Notes under the pieces: model-generated
The model's database searches: none
What the model saw: the letters and a program-made list of their open reading frames with translations, nothing else
What the model was told of the DNA's origin: nothing
In this document: positions 47,735 to 57,354 of the stretch, in pieces
How the letters are laid out: each line of letters starts with the position of its first letter
Position numbering within the stretch: position 1 is the first letter of the stretch
Translations under genes and position numbers: made by a program
DNA from: a bacterium
GTDB lineage: Bacteria > UBP6 > UBA1177
Direction of reading: 5' to 3'
Assembly (NCBI GenBank): GCA_022703485.1
Contig: JAKLDO010000001.1
Coordinates: 5,834 to 69,833, forward strand
Length of the DNA stretch: 64,000 bases

Positions 47735-49855
47735 TTACCAGACGATAGATCTCCATTGGTCTGAGTTGAACATTTTTGTCGTATAATTTATAGCTGATAT
47801 CGCATGATAGGTGGAGTCAAGTCTGAGTTCGTTGTTATCTGTCCTGAAAACAATTGCTCCCTTGGCTTTTTCCGGTCTTTTCATCCAGTATGTGTCTTCA
47901 GGTTTTATCTGCAGACCGAGAAGGTATCCCATATTCCCTTTCAGCACGGAACTGTATTTGTTTATCCTTTCCTGGTCTTTTACTTCTATTGCAAGGGCAA
48001 GAGCCTGAGCAAAACCTTCTGCATACACGGCGGTTGAAGCGAACTGAGAATTGAAAGCGCCCTGTCTTCCCGGAACAGCTTCACTTTTAAGCGGAGGATA
48101 TTTTCCTATCATCCAGTCTGCGAGCGAAAAAACGAAATCGGCATATATTTTTTCTTTTTTTACCATGTAAACTTCGTGGAAAGCTCTTATCTGCCATGGA
48201 ACAAAAGGTCCGTCGCGGTTATCCTTATTGCTCCAGAAATCCTGATAGAACGGGAAAGCTTTTTCTGCCGCTTTGAGAGCAGGTTCATATTTTGTGAGTC
48301 TGTAGTAGCGCATAAGTGCAAGAAGTGTTTCTCCGGGGTAATACATCTGATCGATATCCCTCAGAGGTCTGTAGAAATCTGTCCTGAACTTTCCGCTTTC
48401 CTCCTGAAGCGATATTATGGCATCGGCCATCATTTTCATATCATCCTTGTAATCAGGGTCGTACAGTTCGCTCATTGCCCCCAGAAGAAAAGCGGTTCCT
48501 GCGATACTTGATACAGGTCTGTGCTTGTTCCAGTCCACATATTTGATATTATTGACAGTTTTGAGCGATGTTCTAAATATAGCGATAGCTTTTTTCACGC
48601 TTTCCATTTTTACAGGGTCGTTTCTGTCCTTCGCTATTTCTGCAAGAACAAAAATTCCGTTCAGGTTCCTTAATCCCCAGTCATCGTCCGGTTCAAAATC
48701 CTTTGACGGGAAGAAAGTATACATATACCTTCCGTCTGACAGCTGGTTTCTGAGGTACCAGTCAAACGCCATATCTACGCTTTTCACCATGTCATCACGC
48801 GTTACAGATTCAACGGGCACGATCGTTCTTGAGAAGGCAAGCTCCTTAGTCGTGTCCATTCCTTCTCCGAAAAGGAAATCCTGTGTCATGAAAGCCGTAA
48901 GTCTGCTTTTTTTCCAGTCGCTCTCGTTAAGTCCGGCATCTGTGGAAAGCTGTCTTAAAAGTTCTGTTGCGTTCTCTATCTGCCTTCTTGCTATCTGTGT
49001 CGGAAGGATCGATGCAGACTTTCCTTCATTGGAAATGGAAAATCCCATACCCTGCTTCATTTTCATTCCTACAACCTGTTCGACTGAAGATACATCTATG
49101 CCGGAGTGAAGTATGGAAAGCTCAACAAAAGAAGGATCGTCTTTGACCGGTTTTATGGCATCCAGAATCTGGGCCATGGAGTTTGAATAGCTGTCTGATG
49201 AAGAGAAAACCACATCCGTCAGAACCCCTTTTCTGAAGATTGACACTGCAAGCCCGACCTTTCTGTTGGAAATATCTGATGAAATGTTTGAAATTATGGA
49301 GTTTTTATCGCATTTTCCATCTGAAAAACACTTTATTTTCTCGGCTGTGAAGTGAGCTTCATTTATAGTCAGTTTTTCGGTATTGAATGCTTTGATCTGT
49401 GCTTTTAAGGGTATTTCGGATTCATCGCGCACGACCTTGAATTCAGTTTTTCCAAGGAAATTTCCGTCAACTTTGACTGCAATGGTCCATTTCCCGGCTT
49501 TCAAGGGAGCGTTTCCTTTATAATGTATCGTGGTTCTTGTCCACTCAGGAGACATGTTCATGACTTTGTTATAGGATATTTCACCGTCCGGGTCATACCA
49601 TACGAACTCAGCATCGAATTTATTCTTTGAAGGGTTCCAAAAACCTCTGACGGCATGCTTTATCTCGCCTGTAGAAAAAGCGTCCCTGACTTCTGAGAGC
49701 GATCCTGCTTCTGGACCAGGGATCCCGACTACAAGTCCTGTGAGGTTACCGGAGAAACCTTCTTTTATTGAAGGTTTTCTTTCTCCGTAATAAAAGTACA
49801 ACCCTCCGGTGAAGAGAACTAAAAGGGTAATGATCACAATGAGCTTTCTTGACAT
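47735..49855 (-). CDS. membrane-anchored 706-aa protein; possible degenerate AMMECR1-like segment plus alpha/alpha-toroid-like C-terminal half
   Basis: N-terminal anchor IVIITLLVLFTGGLYFYY. Mid-region VELSILHS...GMGFSISNEGKSASILPTQIARRQ...STDAGL resembles the AMMECR1 C-terminal lobe but lacks the RGCIG motif. The C-terminal ~350 aa are helical-repeat rich (YYPGETLLALMRYY, FAEGFAQALALA). Confidence 0.45.
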   Translation of the reverse strand: MSRKLIVIITLLVLFTGGLYFYYGERKPSIKEGFSGNLTGLVVGIPGPEAGSLSEVRDAFSTGEIKHAVRGFWNPSKNKFDAEFVWYDPDGEISYNKVMNMSPEWTRTTIHYKGNAPLKAGKWTIAVKVDGNFLGKTEFKVVRDESEIPLKAQIKAFNTEKLTINEAHFTAEKIKCFSDGKCDKNSIISNISSDISNRKVGLAVSIFRKGVLTDVVFSSSDSYSNSMAQILDAIKPVKDDPSFVELSILHSGIDVSSVEQVVGMKMKQGMGFSISNEGKSASILPTQIARRQIENATELLRQLSTDAGLNESDWKKSRLTAFMTQDFLFGEGMDTTKELAFSRTIVPVESVTRDDMVKSVDMAFDWYLRNQLSDGRYMYTFFPSKDFEPDDDWGLRNLNGIFVLAEIAKDRNDPVKMESVKKAIAIFRTSLKTVNNIKYVDWNKHRPVSSIAGTAFLLGAMSELYDPDYKDDMKMMADAIISLQEESGKFRTDFYRPLRDIDQMYYPGETLLALMRYYRLTKYEPALKAAEKAFPFYQDFWSNKDNRDGPFVPWQIRAFHEVYMVKKEKIYADFVFSLADWMIGKYPPLKSEAVPGRQGAFNSQFASTAVYAEGFAQALALAIEVKDQERINKYSSVLKGNMGYLLGLQIKPEDTYWMKRPEKAKGAIVFRTDNNELRLDSTYHAISAINYTTKMFNSDQWRSIVW

Positions 49856-50055
49856 GAACTTCTCCTAAAAAAGAAATATTTCAGGAGATACTACAAAAAA
49901 GGAAAGGATTTGACAAATTTTGACGAAAATAGATAAATTCATGAAAATTAAAAACAACAATCGTTAAAAACAAATATCTTTACAGAATAATCATAATATG
50001 ATAAAAACTTTTGCCACCCAAGGTTTTTTATTAATTTTGATTTTTGGAGTAAAAG

Positions 50056-51396
50056 ATGAAAAAATTTATTTTTGTTGTGGTTCTGTTTTCAGTAACAGCT
50101 TTATTCGGCACGAATTTTGTGCTAAACTTTGACACAAACTGGCCGAATATTGCAGATGAAGAATGTTCCGGCACACCGAGTGCGAATGTAAACTATAAGT
50201 TGATTGATTCACCGTATGCCGACACCCATCTGGTCGGTGTTGATTCTGAAGTTCTTTCTAACGGAAACTACCTTGTTCTTTCTCAAATTTATTCTGGCTG
50301 GGATTGCGGACCGATAAATCCATCAAGATATTATTTGTCTGTAATAAATCAGAGCAATGGAAGTGAAATAGACAATTACTATATTTCTTCAATTCTTTTA
50401 AATCAATGGTATGAATTATTTGATATTGAAAAAATTCCCGGTCAAACAAATTCTTTTTTAATTGTTGGAAAATATGCAAGCACTGTTTTTCCCAACCCAA
50501 CAAATTACAGAGTGTTTGTTGCTAAGATCACTGTAAATACAAGCAACATTATTTCTGTTGCATGGTCGCAGAACATAAATTCGTCAACCACGGATAAAGC
50601 GGGATACAGTGTAACAATAAAAGACAGCAAGGTATATATTGGTGGACACAGCGGTCTTTATGGAACTGTTTTAAAAGCTGACCTAACATCAACGGGCTTG
50701 ACGAATGTAACCACTTTGTATAATTGTATAGGCTTGTCAAGTAATTGTGTGATAAAAAAAGTAAAATTTGATGAAGACTTGGAAAACCTTCTTGTTTCGG
50801 GGGGATATAGTTATTCAAGACTTATGCCACCATCAAGCGGAAGTGTGTCTTTCCTTTATGAAATGGATGAAACAAATGGAAGTATCGTTGACAGCTATAC
50901 GAGAAATGATGTGTATTCAGATCACATAAGAATGACAAATTTTGCATACAACTATGCTTCAAACATGCTTATGTTCTCTGAAATTGAAAACGGTGAAAAC
51001 AAGTTATACGATGTAAAAACTCCATTTGGAACACCGGTGACAGCAGAAGTAACCAGTCCCGCAGAAAGAGAGATTCCTTTGAGCATGGATACAATCTATC
51101 ACAACAACGACGATGCGGTTTTTGTTGATATTGATCATAGTGTCACATATTTAAGAGCTGATAAAAATCTGGATAGGGATTTTACAGACCAAGGTGAGCA
51201 AGTATTATCTCTGGTGAATTCTTGGTGGCAGTGTGACGGTGCTTATAAAGGTTCTTTCATTTGGAACGCCCATATAAAAATTATCGACAGCAACGAATTA
51301 CTTTCTGTAGGTTGTACAATGGGTTATATTGCAAATCCGGATCCGGAAACAGTATATCCCTGCAAACTTTTTGTTCAGAAAAGTTTTTATAATTAG
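50056..51396 (+). CDS. secreted hypothetical protein (Asn/Ser/Tyr-rich, AT-rich gene)
   Basis: Signal peptide MKKFIFVVVLFSVTALFG. No motif recognised. Hand counts on two 60-nt lines give about 25-28 percent GC. Confidence 0.5.
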   Translation: MKKFIFVVVLFSVTALFGTNFVLNFDTNWPNIADEECSGTPSANVNYKLIDSPYADTHLVGVDSEVLSNGNYLVLSQIYSGWDCGPINPSRYYLSVINQSNGSEIDNYYISSILLNQWYELFDIEKIPGQTNSFLIVGKYASTVFPNPTNYRVFVAKITVNTSNIISVAWSQNINSSTTDKAGYSVTIKDSKVYIGGHSGLYGTVLKADLTSTGLTNVTTLYNCIGLSSNCVIKKVKFDEDLENLLVSGGYSYSRLMPPSSGSVSFLYEMDETNGSIVDSYTRNDVYSDHIRMTNFAYNYASNMLMFSEIENGENKLYDVKTPFGTPVTAEVTSPAEREIPLSMDTIYHNNDDAVFVDIDHSVTYLRADKNLDRDFTDQGEQVLSLVNSWWQCDGAYKGSFIWNAHIKIIDSNELLSVGCTMGYIANPDPETVYPCKLFVQKSFYN

Positions 51397-51464
51397 GGTT
51401 AATCCAAAAAATCCTGCTTCTTATCATCGTTATTTAACAGCTGAACTTAAAAATTCTTAAAGAT

Positions 51465-51493
51465 AAAAAAACCCCGGCCGGAGCCGGGGTTTT
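51465..51493. terminator. bidirectional rho-independent terminator between convergent genes
   Basis: aaaaaaACCCCGGCcggaGCCGGGGTttt: a perfect 8-bp stem (51471-78 pairs with 51483-90) and a 4-nt loop. There is an A-run on the left and a T-run on the right. Confidence 0.6.
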
Positions 51494-51515
51494 AGAAAAA
51501 ATAATAAATATAATT

Positions 51516-52670
<1,155 letters not shown>

Positions 52671-52727
52671 ACATAACCTCCAACAAAATTAAAAAAAACA
52701 TCAAAAACAAAATTCCACACAGAGCCG

Positions 52728-52755
52728 ATTCTACACTTGCGGAAAATCCTGTCAA
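52728..52755 (-). promoter_or_regulatory. sigma70-type promoter TTGACA-16-TAGAAT for the 384-aa lipoprotein gene
   Basis: The minus strand reads cTTGACAggattttccgcaagtgTAGAATcgg. The -35 is at 52755-52750 and the -10 at 52733-52728. Confidence 0.45.
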
Positions 52756-52864
52756 GCAAAAAAAAATCAGTCTGCTGCAACTAATGGCTTGATTTTAGTA
52801 TCAAAAGGAGTACTTTTTCATAAGAGTCGCTTTTTACAGTTTGAAATGATTGATTAAAAAAGTC

Positions 52865-52880
52865 GGGAACAGTACTTGCA
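52865..52880 (+). promoter_or_regulatory. possible sigma54 (-24/-12) promoter upstream of the S8 protease gene
   Basis: gGGaACagtacTTGCA has the invariant GG and GC at the correct 10-nt separation and a full TTGCA -12 element. The -24 element is imperfect (GGGAAC versus TGGCAC). The ATG lies 57 nt downstream. Confidence 0.3.
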
Positions 52881-52936
52881 AATGAAAGCGGTTTACGATC
52901 TTTACATAAAAAATATTTTTGAGGAGGATACAGCCA

Positions 52937-55510
52937 ATGTTAAAAAAGTTGATCGTACTGATGATTTTCGTTCTTTCTTCCGGACTGATCTTTGCAAATG
53001 AACTGAAAAACCCTGTACTTGGTGAAACTGTTTCCATAAATGGAAAGCTTTATGACACTTTCTATTATTATAAAGGTCAGCCACAGTACCTTCTTCAGAA
53101 GTATGATATGATATCGATACCTTTTTCTGTGAATATTCACACCTTGAACGGTCTGAAGCTGGACGGGGTGTATCTTTCGGAAGTGATAAAGGCTGTGGTG
53201 AAAGAAGAAGGGCATGTTAAAGCTCACAAAGTTCAGATAGATGAAAATGACAGAACCAGCTGGATAAGAATAAGGAACCTTCTTTCAAAGAACGGAATTC
53301 CATCCTGGCCTGTTGTAACATACCATGCAAAGGACCCTCTTATTCTTGACGGAATGATGAACATTCAGTTCTATAAATATACTTCTGCTGAAAAAAGAGA
53401 AGATGTTTTTAAAAGATATGGATTGACGGTTGCTGAGATATCGCCGAGAGATCCTGAGTTCTATACAGTTTCTCTGCCTGCCGGAACAGATCCCTTCGCA
53501 GTGGCCAACACGCTTGTTGAAAGAGATCTTGTGAGGTGGGCTCAGCCCAACTGGTTCTGGCACCACGAATTGAAATCAACAACACCCAATGATACTTATT
53601 TCGGGAATCAGTGGCATCTGACCCAGATACTGGCTCAGTATGCATGGGATACAGAGACCGGAGCAGGCAAAGATGCGAGGATAGCCATAGTTGACAGCGG
53701 CGTTGACACGACACATCCGGACCTCAATGTTCTTTCGGGTTATGATTTTATTTCAAATGATAATGATCCTAATCCGAACAAAGCGCAGGACGATCATCAG
53801 GGCGTTCCCCACGGAACATCCTGCGCAGGACTTGCCGGAGCAAAGACAAATAACGGTCTTGGTGTGGCAGCTTCATGCTGGGGCTGTCCGATAATACCTA
53901 TCAGGCTCATCGGTTCGTACCTTTATCCCAATACAATAAAAGATGCTCTGGAATATGCTGTCGACCAAGGTGCATGGGTAGTGAACAACAGCTGGGGTCC
54001 TCAAGGGACCGATAACTCCGGCAACTGCATTTCTTCTCCCGCAGACAATAATCAGTCTTCAGCTGTCGATTACGGCCGGACAAACGGAAGAGGAGGAAAA
54101 GGAACAGTCATGCTCTGGGCGGCAGGTAACGATTCTTGCAACACATCCTATCAGGGATTTTTAAAAGATAATGACATTTTAGTGATAAGTGCTCTAGAAT
54201 CAAGCGGTTCAATGGCAAGCTATTCCAATTTCGGTGTCGAGATAGACCTCAGTGCGGGAGCAGGTAATTACACTACCGACATACAGGGTTCCTACGGTTA
54301 TAATTACAACACGGGATATGACGGTGACAATTTAAGCGATCTGAACTATACGAGCGTTTTTGCAGGAACAAGTGCGGCCACACCGGTTTCCTCGGGTGCC
54401 GTGGCACTGATGATATCCGCAAATACAGAGCTTACTTTTTCAGGAATAATGAACTGCGCAAAAGCATCTGCGGCAAAAACATCAAAAACATGTTCAAAAG
54501 GGGGATGGGTCTCTCAGACCGATCCATGGCTGGCATCAGGCTCAAAAGATCACTCTCCGTGTTTTGGTTTCGGTGTTGTAGATGCCAACGCAATGGTTAG
54601 CGGTGCCAAGAACGGTACTTGCGGAGCCTGTGTTTCCACTGCAGATATGGATCTCTGTTTCGGTGACGGTTATGACAGGGATGATGATTGTGATGGGACT
54701 GTGGACAATGACTGTGCCGATGGCGGGAACGGAAGGGCTGGTGATGCATGTACAAAATCAGAAAACTGCCTTAATACCGCAGAAACACCTATTTGTATTA
54801 CAGATGCGGGTTGGACAGGCGGGTACTGTTCAGCGGAATGTACAAAGGCCTCAGATTGCTATAACAGCAATAAGGGGGTTGAATGTTATGGAGGAAAATG
54901 TATAGCGGAATGCGATTTCAATGAGGTGCGTACAGGATATGAATGTCTTTCCAACAAGATTCTTCCTGAGGGAACCGAAGTTGTGGCCAACTGTGGTAAC
55001 GACCTCAAAGAAGGTGACGAAGTATGTGATGGCGGATACAAATCCTGTAAATCAATAGATGACAGTTTCACTGGCGGATACGCAAACTGCAGAGATGATT
55101 GTAAAGGATACGATACTTCTACTTGCGAAGGCGGCGGCGGCGAATTGTGCGGCAACGGCAACCTTGATAACGGCGAGATCTGTGACGGCGAAGAGATAGA
55201 CTGTGCAGACCTTGCTTCTACACCGCCTGTTGGTACGGCGACATGTAAGAATGACTGTTCCGGATGGGATAAATCTGACTGTAAGGACGAGGCTGACACA
55301 GGAAACACCGGTGATACCGGCGGCGATACGGGAAATACCGGAAATACCGGAGACACAGGTGATACGGGAAGCTCCAACTGCGGTGACGGTGTAATTAATC
55401 TCGGTGAACAGTGCGATGACGGTAACAAGATAAGCGGAGACGGCTGCTCGGCATACTGCCTGAAAGAGAAAAAATCATCATCTTCGGGCTGTTCCGCTGT
55501 TGTTCTTTAA
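52937..55510 (+). CDS. secreted subtilisin-family (S8) serine protease with C-terminal Cys-rich repeats
   Basis: Start moved to ATG 52937 (SD GAGGAGG), signal MLKKLIVLMIFVLSSGLIFA. Catalytic triad contexts IAIVDSGVDTTHPDL, HGTSCAGLAGA and GTSAATPVSSGAVALM. C-terminal modules: DDDCDGTVDNDC, CGNGNLDNGEICDG and CGDGVINLGEQCDDGNKISGDGCSAYC, plus a DTGNTGDTG tract. Ends KKSSSSGCSAVVL. Confidence 0.85.
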   Translation: MLKKLIVLMIFVLSSGLIFANELKNPVLGETVSINGKLYDTFYYYKGQPQYLLQKYDMISIPFSVNIHTLNGLKLDGVYLSEVIKAVVKEEGHVKAHKVQIDENDRTSWIRIRNLLSKNGIPSWPVVTYHAKDPLILDGMMNIQFYKYTSAEKREDVFKRYGLTVAEISPRDPEFYTVSLPAGTDPFAVANTLVERDLVRWAQPNWFWHHELKSTTPNDTYFGNQWHLTQILAQYAWDTETGAGKDARIAIVDSGVDTTHPDLNVLSGYDFISNDNDPNPNKAQDDHQGVPHGTSCAGLAGAKTNNGLGVAASCWGCPIIPIRLIGSYLYPNTIKDALEYAVDQGAWVVNNSWGPQGTDNSGNCISSPADNNQSSAVDYGRTNGRGGKGTVMLWAAGNDSCNTSYQGFLKDNDILVISALESSGSMASYSNFGVEIDLSAGAGNYTTDIQGSYGYNYNTGYDGDNLSDLNYTSVFAGTSAATPVSSGAVALMISANTELTFSGIMNCAKASAAKTSKTCSKGGWVSQTDPWLASGSKDHSPCFGFGVVDANAMVSGAKNGTCGACVSTADMDLCFGDGYDRDDDCDGTVDNDCADGGNGRAGDACTKSENCLNTAETPICITDAGWTGGYCSAECTKASDCYNSNKGVECYGGKCIAECDFNEVRTGYECLSNKILPEGTEVVANCGNDLKEGDEVCDGGYKSCKSIDDSFTGGYANCRDDCKGYDTSTCEGGGGELCGNGNLDNGEICDGEEIDCADLASTPPVGTATCKNDCSGWDKSDCKDEADTGNTGDTGGDTGNTGNTGDTGDTGSSNCGDGVINLGEQCDDGNKISGDGCSAYCLKEKKSSSSGCSAVVL
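55295..55369 (+). repeat. degenerate (G)DTGNT-coding repeat tract
   Basis: Encodes [25 protein letters not shown]. It carries the same peptide repeat as 52318..52465 but is diverged at the DNA level. Confidence 0.5.
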
Positions 55511-55550
55511 TTTCCATACTTTATTAATATCAACAGATCAAGGTGTCAAA

Positions 55551-57197
55551 ATGCATTTAAAGACCATCTGGGTTCTATCCGTTATTTTTTCTTTTTTACT
55601 GTTTTCCTGTAAAGAAGAAAGCGAAAAAAAGGATGATGCCGATATCTTAAATGACAGCGATCAGTCTGACCTTGCGGACGAGGATGTGCAGGACGATCCG
55701 GCAGATACTGATGAGGCAGCTGATGAAGATGCGGTTATCAATCCCGAATTTGAAGAAGGGCCTTACGGAACAGGTTTCGGTGAAACAGCGGGCGATTTCA
55801 CGGTTACCACTGAAAAAGGGGACTGGAATTTTCAGGAGAACAGAAAAAAAGACGAGAACTATATTTTTATAATTTACAGACCGTCAAACAGCGAAAGTAC
55901 TGCTATCTGGAAGACCGACATGATAAGAATGTTCGAAAGAACCCCGGACAACACACATTACTTCTTTGCTGTTGACGGAGTTCAGGACCTTCTTGATGAA
56001 AAGATCTCAATTATCAAAGAAACGATCGACAGTGCTTTCGAGATCAGCGGAAGGACATCAATAAAGGAAAAAATTCACATTGTTACAAAACCGTTAAAGG
56101 AAGCTGACGGCTGGATAAAGGACTGGCTTGCGGCGAACAAGGACTTTTTTCTCGGAATTGACCGCTTTCAGAAGATCAGAAAGGCCGGAATGTTCCATTC
56201 GTGGGAATCATCGTCTCTGGACCCCGTGTTCGAGTTCGTTTACAAAGAAGCCGAACTTTACAATTATGAAGAAGGGCTGTGGAACAGGCTGAACGGAGAC
56301 CCTGCAGGCATCAAAGTCATTAAGGGGATAGACGGACTTCCGTTTGAAGGTGACGGCTGGACGCAATATCTTTATTTTACTGCAGATATTCCCGAATTTG
56401 AAAAGACCGGCAATTTGTACATAGACTTAACTCAGGTGTGTGACGATCCTGCAACCTGTGAATGGGATAGAATTCAGCAGCTTTTCCTTTGCAAAGACAC
56501 GACCGATGAAAGTTGTACCGTTGAGATAGGAAGATGGATAACCACTTACGGCAGAAGCGGCAGATGGCTTACGGACATAACTCCGCTCACCCCTCTGTTT
56601 CCCAAAGCAGGTGAATATAAATTCAAGTTTACAGTAAGCGGAGATCAGTATGTAAACTATCTGAACTTTGTCTATAAAGAAAATGACAGTGAAACAAAAG
56701 CTGTTGAGATCATTGATCTTTTCAAGGGAACTGTTCCTTTTAACGAGACATACAACGATCAGTGGACGGAGACGGAGATAGAGATTCCTGATAGTGCAGG
56801 AAAGGTTATGATCTCTTCCTACATTACGGGTCACGGCAACGGATCGGAAGTGGCAAACTGTGCTGAATTCTGTCCTTTTGAAGCTGTTTTTTATGTGAAC
56901 GGAACTCCATATGAAATAGATTTTAACAATGCAGGGACGGACAGGGGATGTTTTGACCTTGTTAATGAAGGGGTTGTTCCCAATCAGTACGGTTCGTGGC
57001 CTTTCGGCAGGGCAGGCTGGTGCCCCGGGCAGGACGTGAAGCTCATAAACATTGATATAACGGAAAGTATTGTAAAGGGGCAGAAGAACATTTTCACATA
57101 TAGCGCCTTTCTTGATGGTGAAATTTATGTTCCCGAAGTCACCGATCCATCGGGTTACAGGGCTGAAATTCCGCTGACCAGCTATGTTATCTACTAG
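55551..57197 (+). CDS. PNGase F-like (peptide-N4-(N-acetyl-beta-glucosaminyl)asparagine amidase F family) lipoprotein with unassigned N-terminal domain
   Basis: Start moved to ATG 55551. Lipobox VIFSFLLFSC, followed by KEESEKKDD. The C-terminal ~250 aa match my recollection of Elizabethkingia PNGase F. CEWDRIQQ...IGRWITTYGR matches CDEWDRYA...IGRFITPY. NCAEFCPFEAVFYVNG...GSWPFGRAGWCPGQDV matches GCAEWCFRTHTIAINN...GNWAPDRAGWCPGMAV. Confidence 0.7.
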   Translation: MHLKTIWVLSVIFSFLLFSCKEESEKKDDADILNDSDQSDLADEDVQDDPADTDEAADEDAVINPEFEEGPYGTGFGETAGDFTVTTEKGDWNFQENRKKDENYIFIIYRPSNSESTAIWKTDMIRMFERTPDNTHYFFAVDGVQDLLDEKISIIKETIDSAFEISGRTSIKEKIHIVTKPLKEADGWIKDWLAANKDFFLGIDRFQKIRKAGMFHSWESSSLDPVFEFVYKEAELYNYEEGLWNRLNGDPAGIKVIKGIDGLPFEGDGWTQYLYFTADIPEFEKTGNLYIDLTQVCDDPATCEWDRIQQLFLCKDTTDESCTVEIGRWITTYGRSGRWLTDITPLTPLFPKAGEYKFKFTVSGDQYVNYLNFVYKENDSETKAVEIIDLFKGTVPFNETYNDQWTETEIEIPDSAGKVMISSYITGHGNGSEVANCAEFCPFEAVFYVNGTPYEIDFNNAGTDRGCFDLVNEGVVPNQYGSWPFGRAGWCPGQDVKLINIDITESIVKGQKNIFTYSAFLDGEIYVPEVTDPSGYRAEIPLTSYVIY

Positions 57198-57328
57198 CAA
57201 CACCAGGTGTAAATCTTAGTAAACACCGCCCCGTCCCGGGTTCCTCTGTTTAACATAAAATTAACACAAAGACAGGTGTTTTTTCATATTGTCATGGAAT
57301 TATTGATGTTTTTAGTCTTGAAAAACTA

Positions 57329-57344
57329 TGGCACGGTATTTGCT
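57329..57344 (+). promoter_or_regulatory. sigma54 -24/-12 promoter (perfect core consensus), overlapping an extended -10 sigma70 element
   Basis: TGGCACGgtatTTGCT equals TGGCACG-N4-TTGCW at every specified position. TGcTATAAT at 57341-57349 is also a perfect extended -10. Both predict a start near 57355. Confidence 0.55.
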
Positions 57345-57354
57345 ATAATGTGTC

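Noticed and set aside
55508-55600. Read-through of the TAA stops (alternative genetic code) to extend the SSSGCS tails into full CTERM sorting domains.
   Set aside because: Translation past TAA 55508 gives FPYFININRSRCQN..., with no TM helix or basic cluster, and it runs into the next gene's start in another frame. TAA, TGA and TAG all terminate well-conserved genes elsewhere in the window.
56427-57203. 258-aa ORF antisense to the PNGase F-like gene. Similar long antisense ORFs occur at 60842..61459, 61210..61689, 48525..49109, 47186..47764, 13757..14275, 23591..24100, 54886..55428 and 52175..52618.
   Set aside because: Each lies entirely inside a well-supported gene on the other strand. Their composition is junk-like (Ser/Leu/Phe/Arg/Cys-rich), with no SD sequence, signal peptide or motif. 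Those at 52175-52618 and 54886-55428 merely mirror the GDTGNT repeat. They are typical shadow ORFs.
57318-57323. TTGAAA as the -35 partner of the TATAAT at 57344-57349.
   Set aside because: The spacer would be 20 nt, too long for sigma70. The -10 is better explained as an extended -10 (TGcTATAAT) or as part of the overlapping sigma54 site.
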